Below, in pieces: positions 39,941 to 50,029 of a stretch of DNA of 64,000 nt. Made by a program: the position numbers and the translations under genes. Positions within the stretch are counted from its first letter, which is position 1; each line of letters starts with the position of its first letter. The notes under the pieces are model-generated. The model had not been told where the DNA came from and did not search any database. It saw nothing but the letters and a program-made list of their open reading frames with translations. The stretch is from an uncultured bacterium. GTDB lineage: Bacteria; Chloroflexota; UBA5177; JANWHV01. The DNA is taken from NCBI GenBank assembly GCA_963827235.1, contig CAWHAE010000012.1:544001-608000 (forward strand). The letters are read 5' to 3'.

Positions 39941-40393
39941 GTGTTCAGCGGCAGCTTTCGCGCCTGGTTCTCACAGCAGCTATCTGTGTCCGGCGACGGC
40001 GACAGCCTGCAGCTGGGCAACGTCACATTGAGCCGTATGCTCCCTGCGGAGCCGGGCGTGAGACTGGACGGCACGTTCGGCTACGCGACCTTCGTCGACA
40101 CGACCGGCGTGGCTGGGTCGGGTTCCGTCTCGGGTGACCACACCGTCGCCTTCGGCAGCGACGGCAGGCTCAGCCTGAAAGACTTCGTGGACTCGTTGGT
40201 CTCGGGCGATACCGTGGGCGGCACGACCTCCAGCCGCGCCACCGGGTCCGGCGCTTACCGGCTCGAGGGCTACCTTGTGCGATTTGCCATCACCGACGGC
40301 GGGACGGAGCGGCACATCTTCTTCATCTTGCCGAGACGGGGCGAGACGAACGCCGCAGCGATTGACGGTGCCGTCTATCTCAGGCTCGGCTGA
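39941..40393 (+). pseudogene. 5'-truncated fragment of a beta-rich hypothetical protein
   Basis: Coding-like GC3 bias and a protein-like C-terminus (GAYRLEGY..DG..ERHIF..IDG..Y). In-frame TGA at 39872 and no RBS. Confidence 0.45.
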
Positions 40394-40502
40394 CTCCGCG
40401 CGGACCAGTGGGCCGGTGGCCACGGTCACGGCCGGCGCCACGCGGCCGGCCGTGGAAGGAACGCCCTGGCTTTGGCCGCGTATTCGGAGGGAGGCAGCCG
40501 GT

Positions 40503-41189
40503 CTACTTGGTAGGCGTCGTCCTGCCTTCACGGAGTAGGCGGGCGGCCTGGGTCGCGGCACATATCCCCGTTCTGCGCTGGCAAGAGCGTCTTGCGACCC
40601 GCCGGCAGGCTGAGGCACCCGTAAGCAGGACGGCCAGCGCCAGCGGCACTCGCAGTCTCTGAGAAATGCGGACTGGACCGGGAGGAGCTGGAATGCGTGC
40701 CCGCTCAGCTTCCGTATGTGCACGCCTGCGCTGCAGCTCGAGGAGCAGGCTTTGCTCGCCCACGCGCATCGCCCAGCGATGGTTGGCCGCGAACACCGGC
40801 TTGATCAGGAACGAGAGCCTGCGAAGCAAAGGCTTCTCGGCGCTGATCTTCCAGTCGTAGGTTATGTGGACGACCGGCCCGTCCTGCTCGAACGTCCAGA
40901 TGCCGGCACCGACGAAGTCGCCCTCGGCGGCAATAGCATAGCCATATGGCCGGTTCGATTCGGTGACGCGCAACTGCCAGCGCAGCGTGTAGGGTAGCCA
41001 CCCTTTGGTGAACAGACTGTAGCGGGAGCCCACGCCGCTCCTGTCTCCGGGCTCCAGCTCCAGGATGTCGAGGTAGACGGCAGGCCACCAGCGAGCGAGA
41101 TCGCGTGCGTCGCCGAGAATCGCGGAGACCTCCTCCACCATGCCGGTCACATCCCAGTGAGTGACGAAGTGGTACTGGTTGCCGTGCAT
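40503..41189 (-). CDS. SRPBCC/START (polyketide cyclase-like) protein
   Basis: YHFVTHW, LARWWP, GWLPYTL.W, GDFVGAG.WTF and FAANHRWAM. Confidence 0.85.
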   Translation of the reverse strand: MHGNQYHFVTHWDVTGMVEEVSAILGDARDLARWWPAVYLDILELEPGDRSGVGSRYSLFTKGWLPYTLRWQLRVTESNRPYGYAIAAEGDFVGAGIWTFEQDGPVVHITYDWKISAEKPLLRRLSFLIKPVFAANHRWAMRVGEQSLLLELQRRRAHTEAERARIPAPPGPVRISQRLRVPLALAVLLTGASACRRVARRSCQRRTGICAATQAARLLREGRTTPTK

Positions 41190-41190
41190 G

Positions 41191-42591
41191 TCACGATCCC
41201 TCCCCTGCATGCCAGCGAGCCATGTGGTTGCGCTGCGTCTCAGTCAACGCTTCAGGTCGGTAGAAGCGATCGTAGAACCGCACGTCGACGTGTGTGGCCT
41301 GATAGCCCAGGAACGTGCGGTAGGGCGGGGAGTAAGCGGGAAAGCGTCCGTAGCGCTGGTAGACGTAGTCACAATAGGCGACAGTCGCCTCGATCGCCTT
41401 GTCCGATGGGGGCGCCGCGGCGGCTGTGATCGCTTCCGGATTTCGCCACGCGCTGGCTTTGCTTCCTTCCCGGAACGCGCCCTGGGCGCCGAACTTGGCA
41501 TCGACTACAGCCCGCACCGCGGCCTCCATATTGGGATAGTAGGGCGGGCAGTAAGGCTTGAGCAGCGTCTTGCCTTCGCTTTCCAGGCCAAGGACCAGTG
41601 GCACGGTGCCGTCCTTGCGCAGCAGGCGAGCGACGGTCGAATACAGCCGCCCGACGCCGAGGTACCGGCTAGCAGGCATTTCCGCGGTGCGAAATCCGAG
41701 GGCCTTCAACCAGCCGTATTCGTGCGCGGCAAAGTGCACGTAGCCGCCGAGGCCCATCGACTGCGCCATCAGTGCCACGTTCTGTAGCATCATGCCTTGC
41801 TCGCACGTAGTCCCTTCAATCATGGCGCATTCCACGCGCTGGATGGTGCCCGTGCGGTTCATCGCCGCGTCATCGCATAGGTGTCCGCCTCTACTTCGAG
41901 CGAATCGCGCCAGCCCGGCCGCGCGGAAGCCGTTGCGTTCGTCGCGGATGAAGCCGCCGGTATCTTCGTCGAAGAGCTCCAGGAGCGCGTTGATGTAGAA
42001 GAACGTGAGATCGTTGACGGGAAGGAAGTATGTGCTCGCAGGGGCGTAAAGCGCCCACCGATTGATGTTGAAGTTGTACAGCGGCTCGAGGGGAGCGGTC
42101 ACCCGCCGATCGCGAAATTTGACGCGACCGCAGCGATACAGCTCGAGATACTCGCGGCGCTCTCCCAGCCCGATTAGCTCGGCGATCTCGCCCGCCTCGC
42201 AATCATGCGGTCTCTTGAGCAAGTACGTTCCCTGGTCGTTGATCACGACGAGTGCAACCGTCTGTACCGCGTCGCCACTGGCAATGGTGCGGCCGACCCA
42301 GTTCGCCAGCATGGTGCCGCCGCGCCCGCTCGCGTATTCGAGGTCGGCCAGCGCGTACCCGGTAATACCGCAAGCGGCGTATGCCAGCATCGCCTCCTCG
42401 TCCTCGGAAAGCGGTGCGGCCGCATAGCTGCTGGAATAGGCCAGCGGCCCGTGCTCCATGCGCATGCCGCGGCCAAATCGGCGGCAGCGCCGGCCGCGAA
42501 TCGCCTCGAGCAACGGGTAGCTCGCTAGGTTCTGGAGACCGGGATGGGCCCCCTCCGCCGGCACCGCGGCGTCCGCACGGATCGATGTCAT
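41191..42591 (-). CDS. Large nitroreductase-superfamily-like hypothetical protein
   Basis: RBS AAGGAGG. LLEAIRGRRCRRF (IxxRRSxR-like) and EQGMMLQNVALMAQSMGLGG. Confidence 0.7.
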   Translation of the reverse strand: MTSIRADAAVPAEGAHPGLQNLASYPLLEAIRGRRCRRFGRGMRMEHGPLAYSSSYAAAPLSEDEEAMLAYAACGITGYALADLEYASGRGGTMLANWVGRTIASGDAVQTVALVVINDQGTYLLKRPHDCEAGEIAELIGLGERREYLELYRCGRVKFRDRRVTAPLEPLYNFNINRWALYAPASTYFLPVNDLTFFYINALLELFDEDTGGFIRDERNGFRAAGLARFARSRGGHLCDDAAMNRTGTIQRVECAMIEGTTCEQGMMLQNVALMAQSMGLGGYVHFAAHEYGWLKALGFRTAEMPASRYLGVGRLYSTVARLLRKDGTVPLVLGLESEGKTLLKPYCPPYYPNMEAAVRAVVDAKFGAQGAFREGSKASAWRNPEAITAAAAPPSDKAIEATVAYCDYVYQRYGRFPAYSPPYRTFLGYQATHVDVRFYDRFYRPEALTETQRNHMARWHAGEGS

Positions 42592-42753
42592 CGACGTACC
42601 TCCTTCAGGTGTGATAGGCATGGACGGCTTGACTCTGCCGGGCACCACCGGTCGGCCAGGCCGCCGGCGATAGTACGTCCGCCGAATGGGCGCGGATCAC
42701 AGGCTCGGCCGCGCACTCCGGGATGTGTCGTGGTGAGCGTAGCCAGCGGCAGC

Positions 42754-43034
42754 ATGACCCCGGCGGAGCGCTTTCTGACGGCCCTGGACAACAAGGTGCC
42801 GGACCGGGTGCCCGTGACCCCGGATATCTCCAACTACAATCCCTGCAGACGTACTCGCTTCGGGCTATGCGCGATGCGGGCGAACGGGGAGGCTTCATTC
42901 TGAGCACTGGCGACCGGTGCCCGCGCGACACACCGGACGCGAACATCTTCGCCGTGGTAGAGGCTGCCCACGAGCTCGGGCAGTACGACATGGCACCTGG
43001 CAGCTTATCGGCACTCGACGCCCTGCAAGACTGA
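42754..43034 (+). pseudogene. URO-D-like gene remnant with a large internal deletion
   Basis: N-terminus MTPAERFLTALDNKVPDRVPVTP is joined out of frame (about 42855) to C-terminus GGFILSTGD.CPRDTP..NI.A.VEAA..LGQY. Confidence 0.8.
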
Positions 43035-43296
43035 GCGATTGGAGCCGGATCGCGCGCCGGGATGCCACGGAGCATCGCTAGGATACCGGCCGGGTCGGCA
43101 CGTGCTCCGGCAGTTGGGCGCATCCATGTGGAGTCCGGGCGGCACTCGATGTCCATTGTTGTGACAACGGTATCACGTGACGAGACATGGCACGGCGAGC
43201 GGCCGGTCTGCTGACCACCGGATAGGGCCAGGCGAGCCGCGAAGCAGGGGAGTTGTGCCGTGGACAGTCTACGACACAGTGTGCCCACCCTTGGGC

Positions 43297-43326
43297 TTGA
43301 CAGGGCGGCGCCTGGGTTGCTAGCAT
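43297..43326 (+). promoter_or_regulatory. Sigma70 promoter
   Basis: TTGACA(43297)-18 nt-TAGCAT(43321) with a TG extension. Confidence 0.6.
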
Positions 43327-43531
43327 GGCGAGGATGATACCGGTGTCACCCGCGCAGCACCTTGGCTCGGGCCGCAGACAGCTCGCGCGCAGGCGCGGGC
43401 CACGGCCTGAGGTGGGAATTCGAGTGGACGACAGACTGACTGCGCGGCTGTCCTGCGGGTGATTCGATCCACCAGCCGTGACGTCCGTCCAGTCGAGGGA
43501 GTAGGCGTGCTCCTGGAAAGAGCGTGAACAT

Positions 43532-44560
43532 ATGAGTGACTCCATACCAGACACCATGCGTGTGGCCCGGTTCCTCGGTGAGGGTCGAATCGCGCTGGAA
43601 TCGAGGCCCGTTCCGCTGCCGGGGCAAGGCGAGGTGCTGCTCCGCGTGCACGCCTGCGCCACGTGCGGCAGCGACCGGCACGCCTGGGAACACGGATCCG
43701 CCATCACGCCTGGGCACGAGGGATCGGGCACCGTGGTGGCGACGGGGCCGGGAACCACTATCCCGATCGGCACTCGTGGCGCCGTCTATCTCGTCGCCTA
43801 CTGCGGCAGCTGCCGCATGTGCCGGCGAGGCGAGACGGGCGCCTGTCTGCGGAAGGAGCGCATGATCGGCTTCACGCACGATGGTGCCTACGCCGACTGC
43901 ATGGTGGCACCCGAGCGCTGCGTGCTCCCCATCGACAGGGACATGGATCTGGACAACGCCAATATGCTGCTCGACGTGCTGGGCACCACGTTCCACGCCA
44001 TCCGCCGCTCTCGGCTGGCGCCGGAACAGATCGGCGCCGCCTGCATCATGGGCGCCGGACCCATCGGCTTGGGCGCGATCCTCGCTCTGCGCGGTCTGGG
44101 AGTCTCGGCGATCTACGCGGTGGACGTCAATCCGCTCAGGCTGGATATGGCGGCAAAGCTCGGCGCCCACGTTCTGGACGGACGCGATGGTCAGGTGGTG
44201 CAGCGCATCCGAGCGCTGCTGCCGGATGGTCCCGACTTCGTGCTCGAGGCCACGGGGAATCAGGCGGCGCAGCGGCAGGCTATCGACATGGTGGCCGCGG
44301 ACGGGCCGGTCGTGGTGGTAGGGCACTCACCGAATCCGTTCGAAGTACGCTCGAGCGCCGACCTGATTAGCCAGGAGAAAATGCTCATTGGCTCCGAGTA
44401 TTTCGGCGTGGCGGAGTTCGCGGTGAACCTCGCGCTGCTGCGCGCGGGGCGCGTCGATCCCTTGCCCGTGATCACGCATCGTATGCCGCTGGATCAGATC
44501 GAGGATGCCTTCAAGCTGTTCTGGTCCGGGATGACCGGGAAAGTGCTGGTGTGCCCGTGA
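43532..44560 (+). CDS. Zn-dependent alcohol/sugar dehydrogenase (MDR family)
   Basis: CGSD, GHE, CGSCRMC..C and GAGPIG. Confidence 0.92.
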   Translation: MSDSIPDTMRVARFLGEGRIALESRPVPLPGQGEVLLRVHACATCGSDRHAWEHGSAITPGHEGSGTVVATGPGTTIPIGTRGAVYLVAYCGSCRMCRRGETGACLRKERMIGFTHDGAYADCMVAPERCVLPIDRDMDLDNANMLLDVLGTTFHAIRRSRLAPEQIGAACIMGAGPIGLGAILALRGLGVSAIYAVDVNPLRLDMAAKLGAHVLDGRDGQVVQRIRALLPDGPDFVLEATGNQAAQRQAIDMVAADGPVVVVGHSPNPFEVRSSADLISQEKMLIGSEYFGVAEFAVNLALLRAGRVDPLPVITHRMPLDQIEDAFKLFWSGMTGKVLVCP

Positions 44561-45555
44561 ACGCTCGGTTGCGCGTCGCGGTGATCGGCTACGGCGGTTG
44601 GGGCAGGGTGCACCTGGAAGCGTACCGCGGCAATCCACTCACGGAGCTGGTAGCGCTGTGCGGGCGGAATCCACGGCGCGTTACTCAGACGGCGGCGTAT
44701 TACGGCGCCCAACCCTACACCGACGTGGGCCGCATGCTGGCCGAGGAGCGGCCGGACCTCGTGTCGGTCATCCTGCCGGATGCCGAGCATTACGAGCCGA
44801 CACTGCAGGTGCTCGAAGCAGGCGTGTCCTGTTTTGCCGAGAAGCCGCTCACCATGGACCTGGCGGAAGCGGAGCGGTTGCTGGCAGCGGCGAAGCGGCA
44901 CGGCGCCCGCTTCGGCATCAACTTCAACCATCGCTACAGCACACCGTTCCAGCGCACCAAGGCCATCATCGAGAACGGTGTGCTCGGCGCGCCGGCTTAT
45001 TTCCTCTGGAAGTTCACAGGCGGCCACTTTCCCGAGCGCCAGGCTTCGCTGCACCATTTGCTCTACATGCAGAGCCACGGCTTTGACATGCTGCGCTGGC
45101 TGGGCGGGCCGGTGCGCTGGGTCAGCGCCGAGGCAGCCGACCCGCGCGGTGAAGGCCTGCTCACCACGGCCGTCGTCTCGCTCTCGTTCGCCAGCGGCGC
45201 CGTCGGCACGCTGATCGCCAGCATCGACGGCAGCTACGCCGATACGCATAACCACGAGTTTGAATGCCTTGGTCTTGGCGGCCGCGTTCGCGTCACCGAC
45301 GTGCTGCGGCGTTTTGAGTGGTCGCCGCGCTCACAGCGCGACGGTATCACCGTGTGGGAACCGGGATTCTTCGACGACCGGGAGCGCGACTTCGGCGCCA
45401 CCACGGCCACTCACGTCGACCGCTACGTCCGCGCGCAGCTGGCAGGGGATCCGGTGCCGGTGCCGGCAGAGGACGGGTACGAAGCGTTGAGGCTGGGACT
45501 CGCGGCCATCGAGTCCGTGCGTACCGGTGAGCGGGTAGCAGTCGATCCCGCGTAG
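44557..45555 (+). CDS. Gfo/Idh/MocA family oxidoreductase
   Basis: GTGA overlap with the upstream gene. VIGYGGWG, AEKP and HGFD. Confidence 0.9.
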   Translation: MNARLRVAVIGYGGWGRVHLEAYRGNPLTELVALCGRNPRRVTQTAAYYGAQPYTDVGRMLAEERPDLVSVILPDAEHYEPTLQVLEAGVSCFAEKPLTMDLAEAERLLAAAKRHGARFGINFNHRYSTPFQRTKAIIENGVLGAPAYFLWKFTGGHFPERQASLHHLLYMQSHGFDMLRWLGGPVRWVSAEAADPRGEGLLTTAVVSLSFASGAVGTLIASIDGSYADTHNHEFECLGLGGRVRVTDVLRRFEWSPRSQRDGITVWEPGFFDDRERDFGATTATHVDRYVRAQLAGDPVPVPAEDGYEALRLGLAAIESVRTGERVAVDPA

Positions 45556-45559
45556 CAGC

Positions 45560-45626
45560 GCCGGTGCCGGATGAGGGGTGTCAGCCGCTCCATCTGCTCG
45601 TTGGTCAGCTCTCGCCCATGCGCCAA
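45560..45626 (-). mobile_element. Degenerate N-terminus of an IS5-family (DUF4096-type) transposase
   Basis: GRELTNEQMERLTPLI resembles the typical ELTDEQWERLxPLLP start. Nothing recognisable follows. Confidence 0.5.
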
Positions 45627-45850
45627 CGCTCCACGACTGTGGTGCGAGCCGAGGGCGTCTAGCTGCCGGAATCGCGGCGGGCTTCGTGTGTCGGCCGCGC
45701 CGCTGGCTGGTCGAGCGCAGCGTATGCTTGGGTAGCGCGCTGTCGCCGCCTGCCGAGCGTTTGTGAGCGCTTGCCCCCGAGATCCTGGCCGCTAGCGCTT
45801 CGTCGCTGTTGTTTCCCCCATACTCGGCCATGTCGCCGGCATCATGGTTC

Positions 45851-45990
45851 GGCCGCGATGCCAACCTCACTGATGCCAACCTGACCGGTGCCACGATCAC
45901 GGGAGTCGTGTGGAACAGCACGGTGTGCTCCGCCAGCACGAACAGCACCAGCAACGACAGTAGTCCGAAGTCGTGCATCGGGCACGGATG
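45851..45990 (+). pseudogene. C-terminal fragment of a pentapeptide-repeat protein
   Basis: DANLTDANLTGATITGVVWNSTVC...TNS...SCIGHG. Confidence 0.6.
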
Positions 45991-46332
45991 GGGCCTGCAG
46001 GCGCCGATCCCGTTCACTGAAGGAGAGCCGCAAGCATGCGGTCCGGCACCCGCATGGCCCGCGCCGAAGCCGCGTGGCTGGAGCAAGCGCAGGAGCTGAG
46101 CACCTGCATGTACATGCACCCGGTGCATAGCCATGAACTGGCGCGCGGCCAATGAATCGGCTGTAGCTGCGGTGCTCTGTCCGTTGCAGGGACACCGCGC
46201 CGCGATTACGACGCCGATGTCTTACATGGGTCTGCTAGCGCGCAACACGTGATGCCCGTCCTGCCTTGCCGTACCGCGGTCCCTTACGGGATACTTTCCT
46301 GCGGGGAATTCCGTGCATGGAGGGACGCGGTG

Positions 46333-49300
46333 ATGGGACAGGATCGCCACGAGATGCCCTCTCAGGTCACCTACAGCCGGCAGTACCGGCGCTGCGGCAA
46401 GGCGGGTTGCAAGCTGTGCGCAGGGGGAGCGCCGGGACACGGGCCCTACTGGTACGCCTACTGGCGGGAGGACGGCCGCCTGCGGTCCCGCTACCTGGGC
46501 AAACGGCGGCCCGACGGGGCGCCCGAGGAGGATGACGCCGCGATTCTTCCACCGCCGCCCGCTGCGGCGGTGACCGTCCCGCTCGCGCCCGCCGGAGCAG
46601 GGCCGATTCCGCATCCCCATCCTGGCACCCAGGCTTCGGACGCCGCAGCCTCGCGCCTGCGCATCCGCACGCTCGGAGGCTTCGCGGTCTGGCGGGGTGA
46701 AGTACCGGTGCCCGCACGCGTCTGGCAGCAGCGCAGGCTCGCCACCTTGCTCACCTGCCTGCTCAGCGCCCCCGGTCACCAGCTGCATCGAGAGCGTGTG
46801 ATCGCGCTTCTCTGGCCCGACGCGGACGAGGACGCCGGGACCGAGAGCCTGCGGGTGGCCCTGCACCGCCTGCGCGGCGTGCTGGATGGCCCGGACGCGA
46901 CCGCCAGCTGTATCCGCGCCGAAGGCGAACTGCTGCTGTTCCGCCCGCCCACGCCGGAGGAGGCTCCTGCCGACTGGCTCGACGCCGACGCTTTCGAGCA
47001 CGCGGCTCAGCAGGCGCTGGCCTCGAGCGACCCGGCACTCTGCCGGGCGGCGCTGGTGCTCTATACCGGGGAGTATCTCCCGGGTGACCTCTATGCGGAC
47101 TGGGCGGCGTCCCGGCGCGAGACCCTCCGGCTGCACTACCTCGCCGTGTTGCTGCGACTGGCGGAGCTGGCGGGGGTGCGGGGTGAGGTGGACGAGGCGG
47201 AGGAATGTCTGCGGACCGTCCTGACGCTCGACGCCTGCCACGAAGAGGCCGCGGGTCGCCTGATGGGCCTGCTTGCCTCCGGAGACCGACGTGCCGATGC
47301 GCTGCGCGTGTACGACGATCTGGCGGCTGCCCTGAAGCGTGATCTCGGATCTGCGACCCTCCGACGACCTGGCGCTGCTCTATCGCCAGTTGCTGGCGGC
47401 CGGCACCGTGCCCAGCGCCGCCAGCCAGCTCGCTCCGGCGTCGATCCCGATTCGACGCACGAAACTCCCCGTGCCGCTCACCTCGTACGTCGCCCGTCCG
47501 CACGAGGAGCAGCGCCTGCGCGACCGGCTGGCCCAGGCCCGGCTCCTCACGCTCACCGGCACCGGCGGCTGCGGCAAGACACGGCTCGCCCTCCACTGTG
47601 CCGCCGGCCTGCTGGAAACCTACCCCGACGGCGTGTGGCTGGCCGGGCTGGCGGCGCTCCCGGCCGGGCAGGAGGAGAGCACCGTGACCCGCGCCGTGGC
47701 CGGGGCGCTGGGGCTGGTGGAGGAGGCCCAGCGCCCGCTAAACGAAACCCTCACCGCCTTCCTGGCTCCCCGCACCATTCTGCTGGTGCTGGACAACTGC
47801 GAGCACGTCGTGGCGCCCGCGGCCGCGCTCGTCGACGCCCTCCTGACCGCCTGCCCCCGGCTGCAAGTGCTGGCCACGAGCCGCCAGCAGCTGAAGGTGC
47901 CGGGGGAAGTGACCTGCTGCGTGGGCTCGCTGGCGCTGCCGCCACCATCGTCCGGGGCGCAGGCACTGCCGCGCTACGAGGCGGCGGCGCTGTTCCTGGC
48001 GCGGGCGCGAGACACATCGCCGGAGCGGCTGAACAGCACGGAGGCCGCGGCAGCCATCGCCCAGATCTGCATCCGGCTGGACGGCATTCCCCTGGCCATC
48101 GAGCTGGCGGCGGCCCGGGCGCGCCTGTTGCCCCTGGCCACCATTGCCTCTGGACTGGACGACTGCTGTCGCCTGCTCACGGGCGGGCCACGCACGGTTC
48201 TGCCCCGCCAGCGCACCCTGCGGGCCACCCTGGACTGGAGCTACGCACTGCTGGAGGAGCGTGAGCGCGTGCTCCTACGTCGGCTGGCTGGCTTTGCCGG
48301 CGGGTGGACACTGGAGGCGGCGGAGGCCGTGTGCAGCGACACCGCAGTGGCCGGACCGGCTCCGGAGGTGCCTGTGCTGCCGGCGGGCGACGTGCTGGAC
48401 GTGCTGGCGGGCCTGGTGGACAAGTCCCTGGTGCAGGTCCAGCACCGTGACGGGACAACCCGCCACCGATTCCTTGAGCCGGCGCGGCAGTACGCAGCCG
48501 ACATGCTGACCGCCGCCGGCGAGGCAACGACGATCCGGGACCGGCACCTGACATGGGCCGTGACGTTCGCAGAGCGGGCGAGGCCGGCGCTCACTGGATC
48601 GGAGCAACTGATTTGGCTGGAGCGGCTGGAGGCGGAGCACGACAATCTGCGCGCCGCGCTGACCTGGGCGCGGGAGCGGTGCGCGGAGGAGTTCGGGCTG
48701 CGTCTGGCGGGGGCCGTGGGACGTTTCTGGAACATGCGGGGTTACTTCACTGAAGGACGACGCTGGCTGGAGGGAGCGCTGGCCGGAACGGGCCACGACG
48801 CGCGAACACCTCGTGCCCTGGCGCTGACCAGTGCTGGTAATCTGGCCTATTCCCAGGGAGATTTTGGGCAGGCGGCAGCGCTCTACGAGGAAGCTTTGGT
48901 GCTCGAGCGCGAGCTAGGGGACAAGCAACGCATCGCCATCTCGCTCAACAACCTGGGGGTGGTGGCGGACAGCCTGGGTGAGTATAAGCGTGCGGTGGGG
49001 CTCTATGGCGAGAGCTTGGCAGTCTATCGTGAGCTGGGGGACAAGGCTGGCATCGCGGGCGCACTCAACAACCTCGGAAGCTTAGCCGAATGTCATGGAG
49101 ACTGCGGGCGGGCGCTCGCACTGCTTGAAGAGGCTTCGGAGTTGTTCCGTGTCCTCGGAGACATCCGGAGCATGGCCATCTCGCTGAGCAATCTAGCGTA
49201 CGCGGCGGACTACCAGGGCGACCACGCGCGGGCGGTGGCCCTCCAGGAGGACGCCCTGGCGCTCAGTCGGCAGGTTGCGGATCCCAGGAGCGTTGCCAAC

Positions 49301-49813
49301 TCGCTCACCGGCCTCGGCGCTTTTGTGTGTCGGCAGGCTGACTACGGGCGAGCGGTGGCCCACCTCAACGAGAGCCTGACGCTGCAGCGTGCGTTGGGGA
49401 ACAAGGAGGGCATCGCACGGACGCTCGTGGTTCTCGCAGAGGTGGCCCACCGGTTGGGCGACGAGGCCCGGGCAGCCGGTCTGCTGCGTGAGGGCGTCCG
49501 CCTCAGTCGAGACATCGGTGCCAGGGATTGGCTGGCCCGAGGGCTGGAAGCGATGGCCAACGTAGCCGCGGCAGGTGGGGTGCATCGGCGAGCGGCGGTG
49601 CTCGCCGGGGCGGCCGAGTCGTTGCGCTGCGTGATTGGCCTTCACCGGCCGCCATTCCTCGCTGCGGAGCAGGAAGCATTGGTGCAGCGCTTGCACACCG
49701 CCCTGGGCGACGAAGCGGAGGCATCGTGGCATACGGGCCGGGTGCTGTCGCTCGACCAGGCTGTCGACCTGGCGCTGGATGAGCAGGAGCGCCGCACACC
49801 GGTCCTGGCCTGA
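46333..49813 (+). pseudogene. DUF6788 + SARP (wHTH-BTAD) + NB-ARC + TPR regulator, frameshifted at about 47350
   Basis: RRCGKAGCKLC..GHGPYWYAYW, IRTLGGF, BTAD, GTGGCGKTRL, LVLDNCEH, LDGIPLAIELAA and TPRs. One extra base in GAT CTC GGA T CTG CGA. Could be an assembly error. Confidence 0.85.
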
Positions 49814-49890
49814 TTGCCCTGTTACACAAGTTCCCCGTCCTTGTTACACAAGATCCACGCTGCTCTCTCCTGAACGATGCGCTGGAGCGG

Positions 49891-49923
49891 CATAACGCTG
49901 CCGTAACGATCGACCACTAGGAT
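49891..49923 (+). promoter_or_regulatory. SARP-type promoter
   Basis: CATAACG-N4-CGTAACG (11-bp period), then 9 nt, then TAGGAT. Lies directly downstream of the SARP gene. Confidence 0.55.
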
Positions 49924-50029
49924 CGTGACGGCTGAGCTGGTGCGCACTGAACGACAGGGCGACCGGGCGAGTGGCGAGGCGGTGGCCGCCGCGTGCGCGG
50001 ACGGCTGCGGACGAGAGTGAGGTGCAAGC

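Noticed and set aside
47351-48264. C-terminal tail of the 671-aa ORF
   Set aside because: Out-of-frame read-through after the frameshift. The NB-ARC domain is in the other frame.
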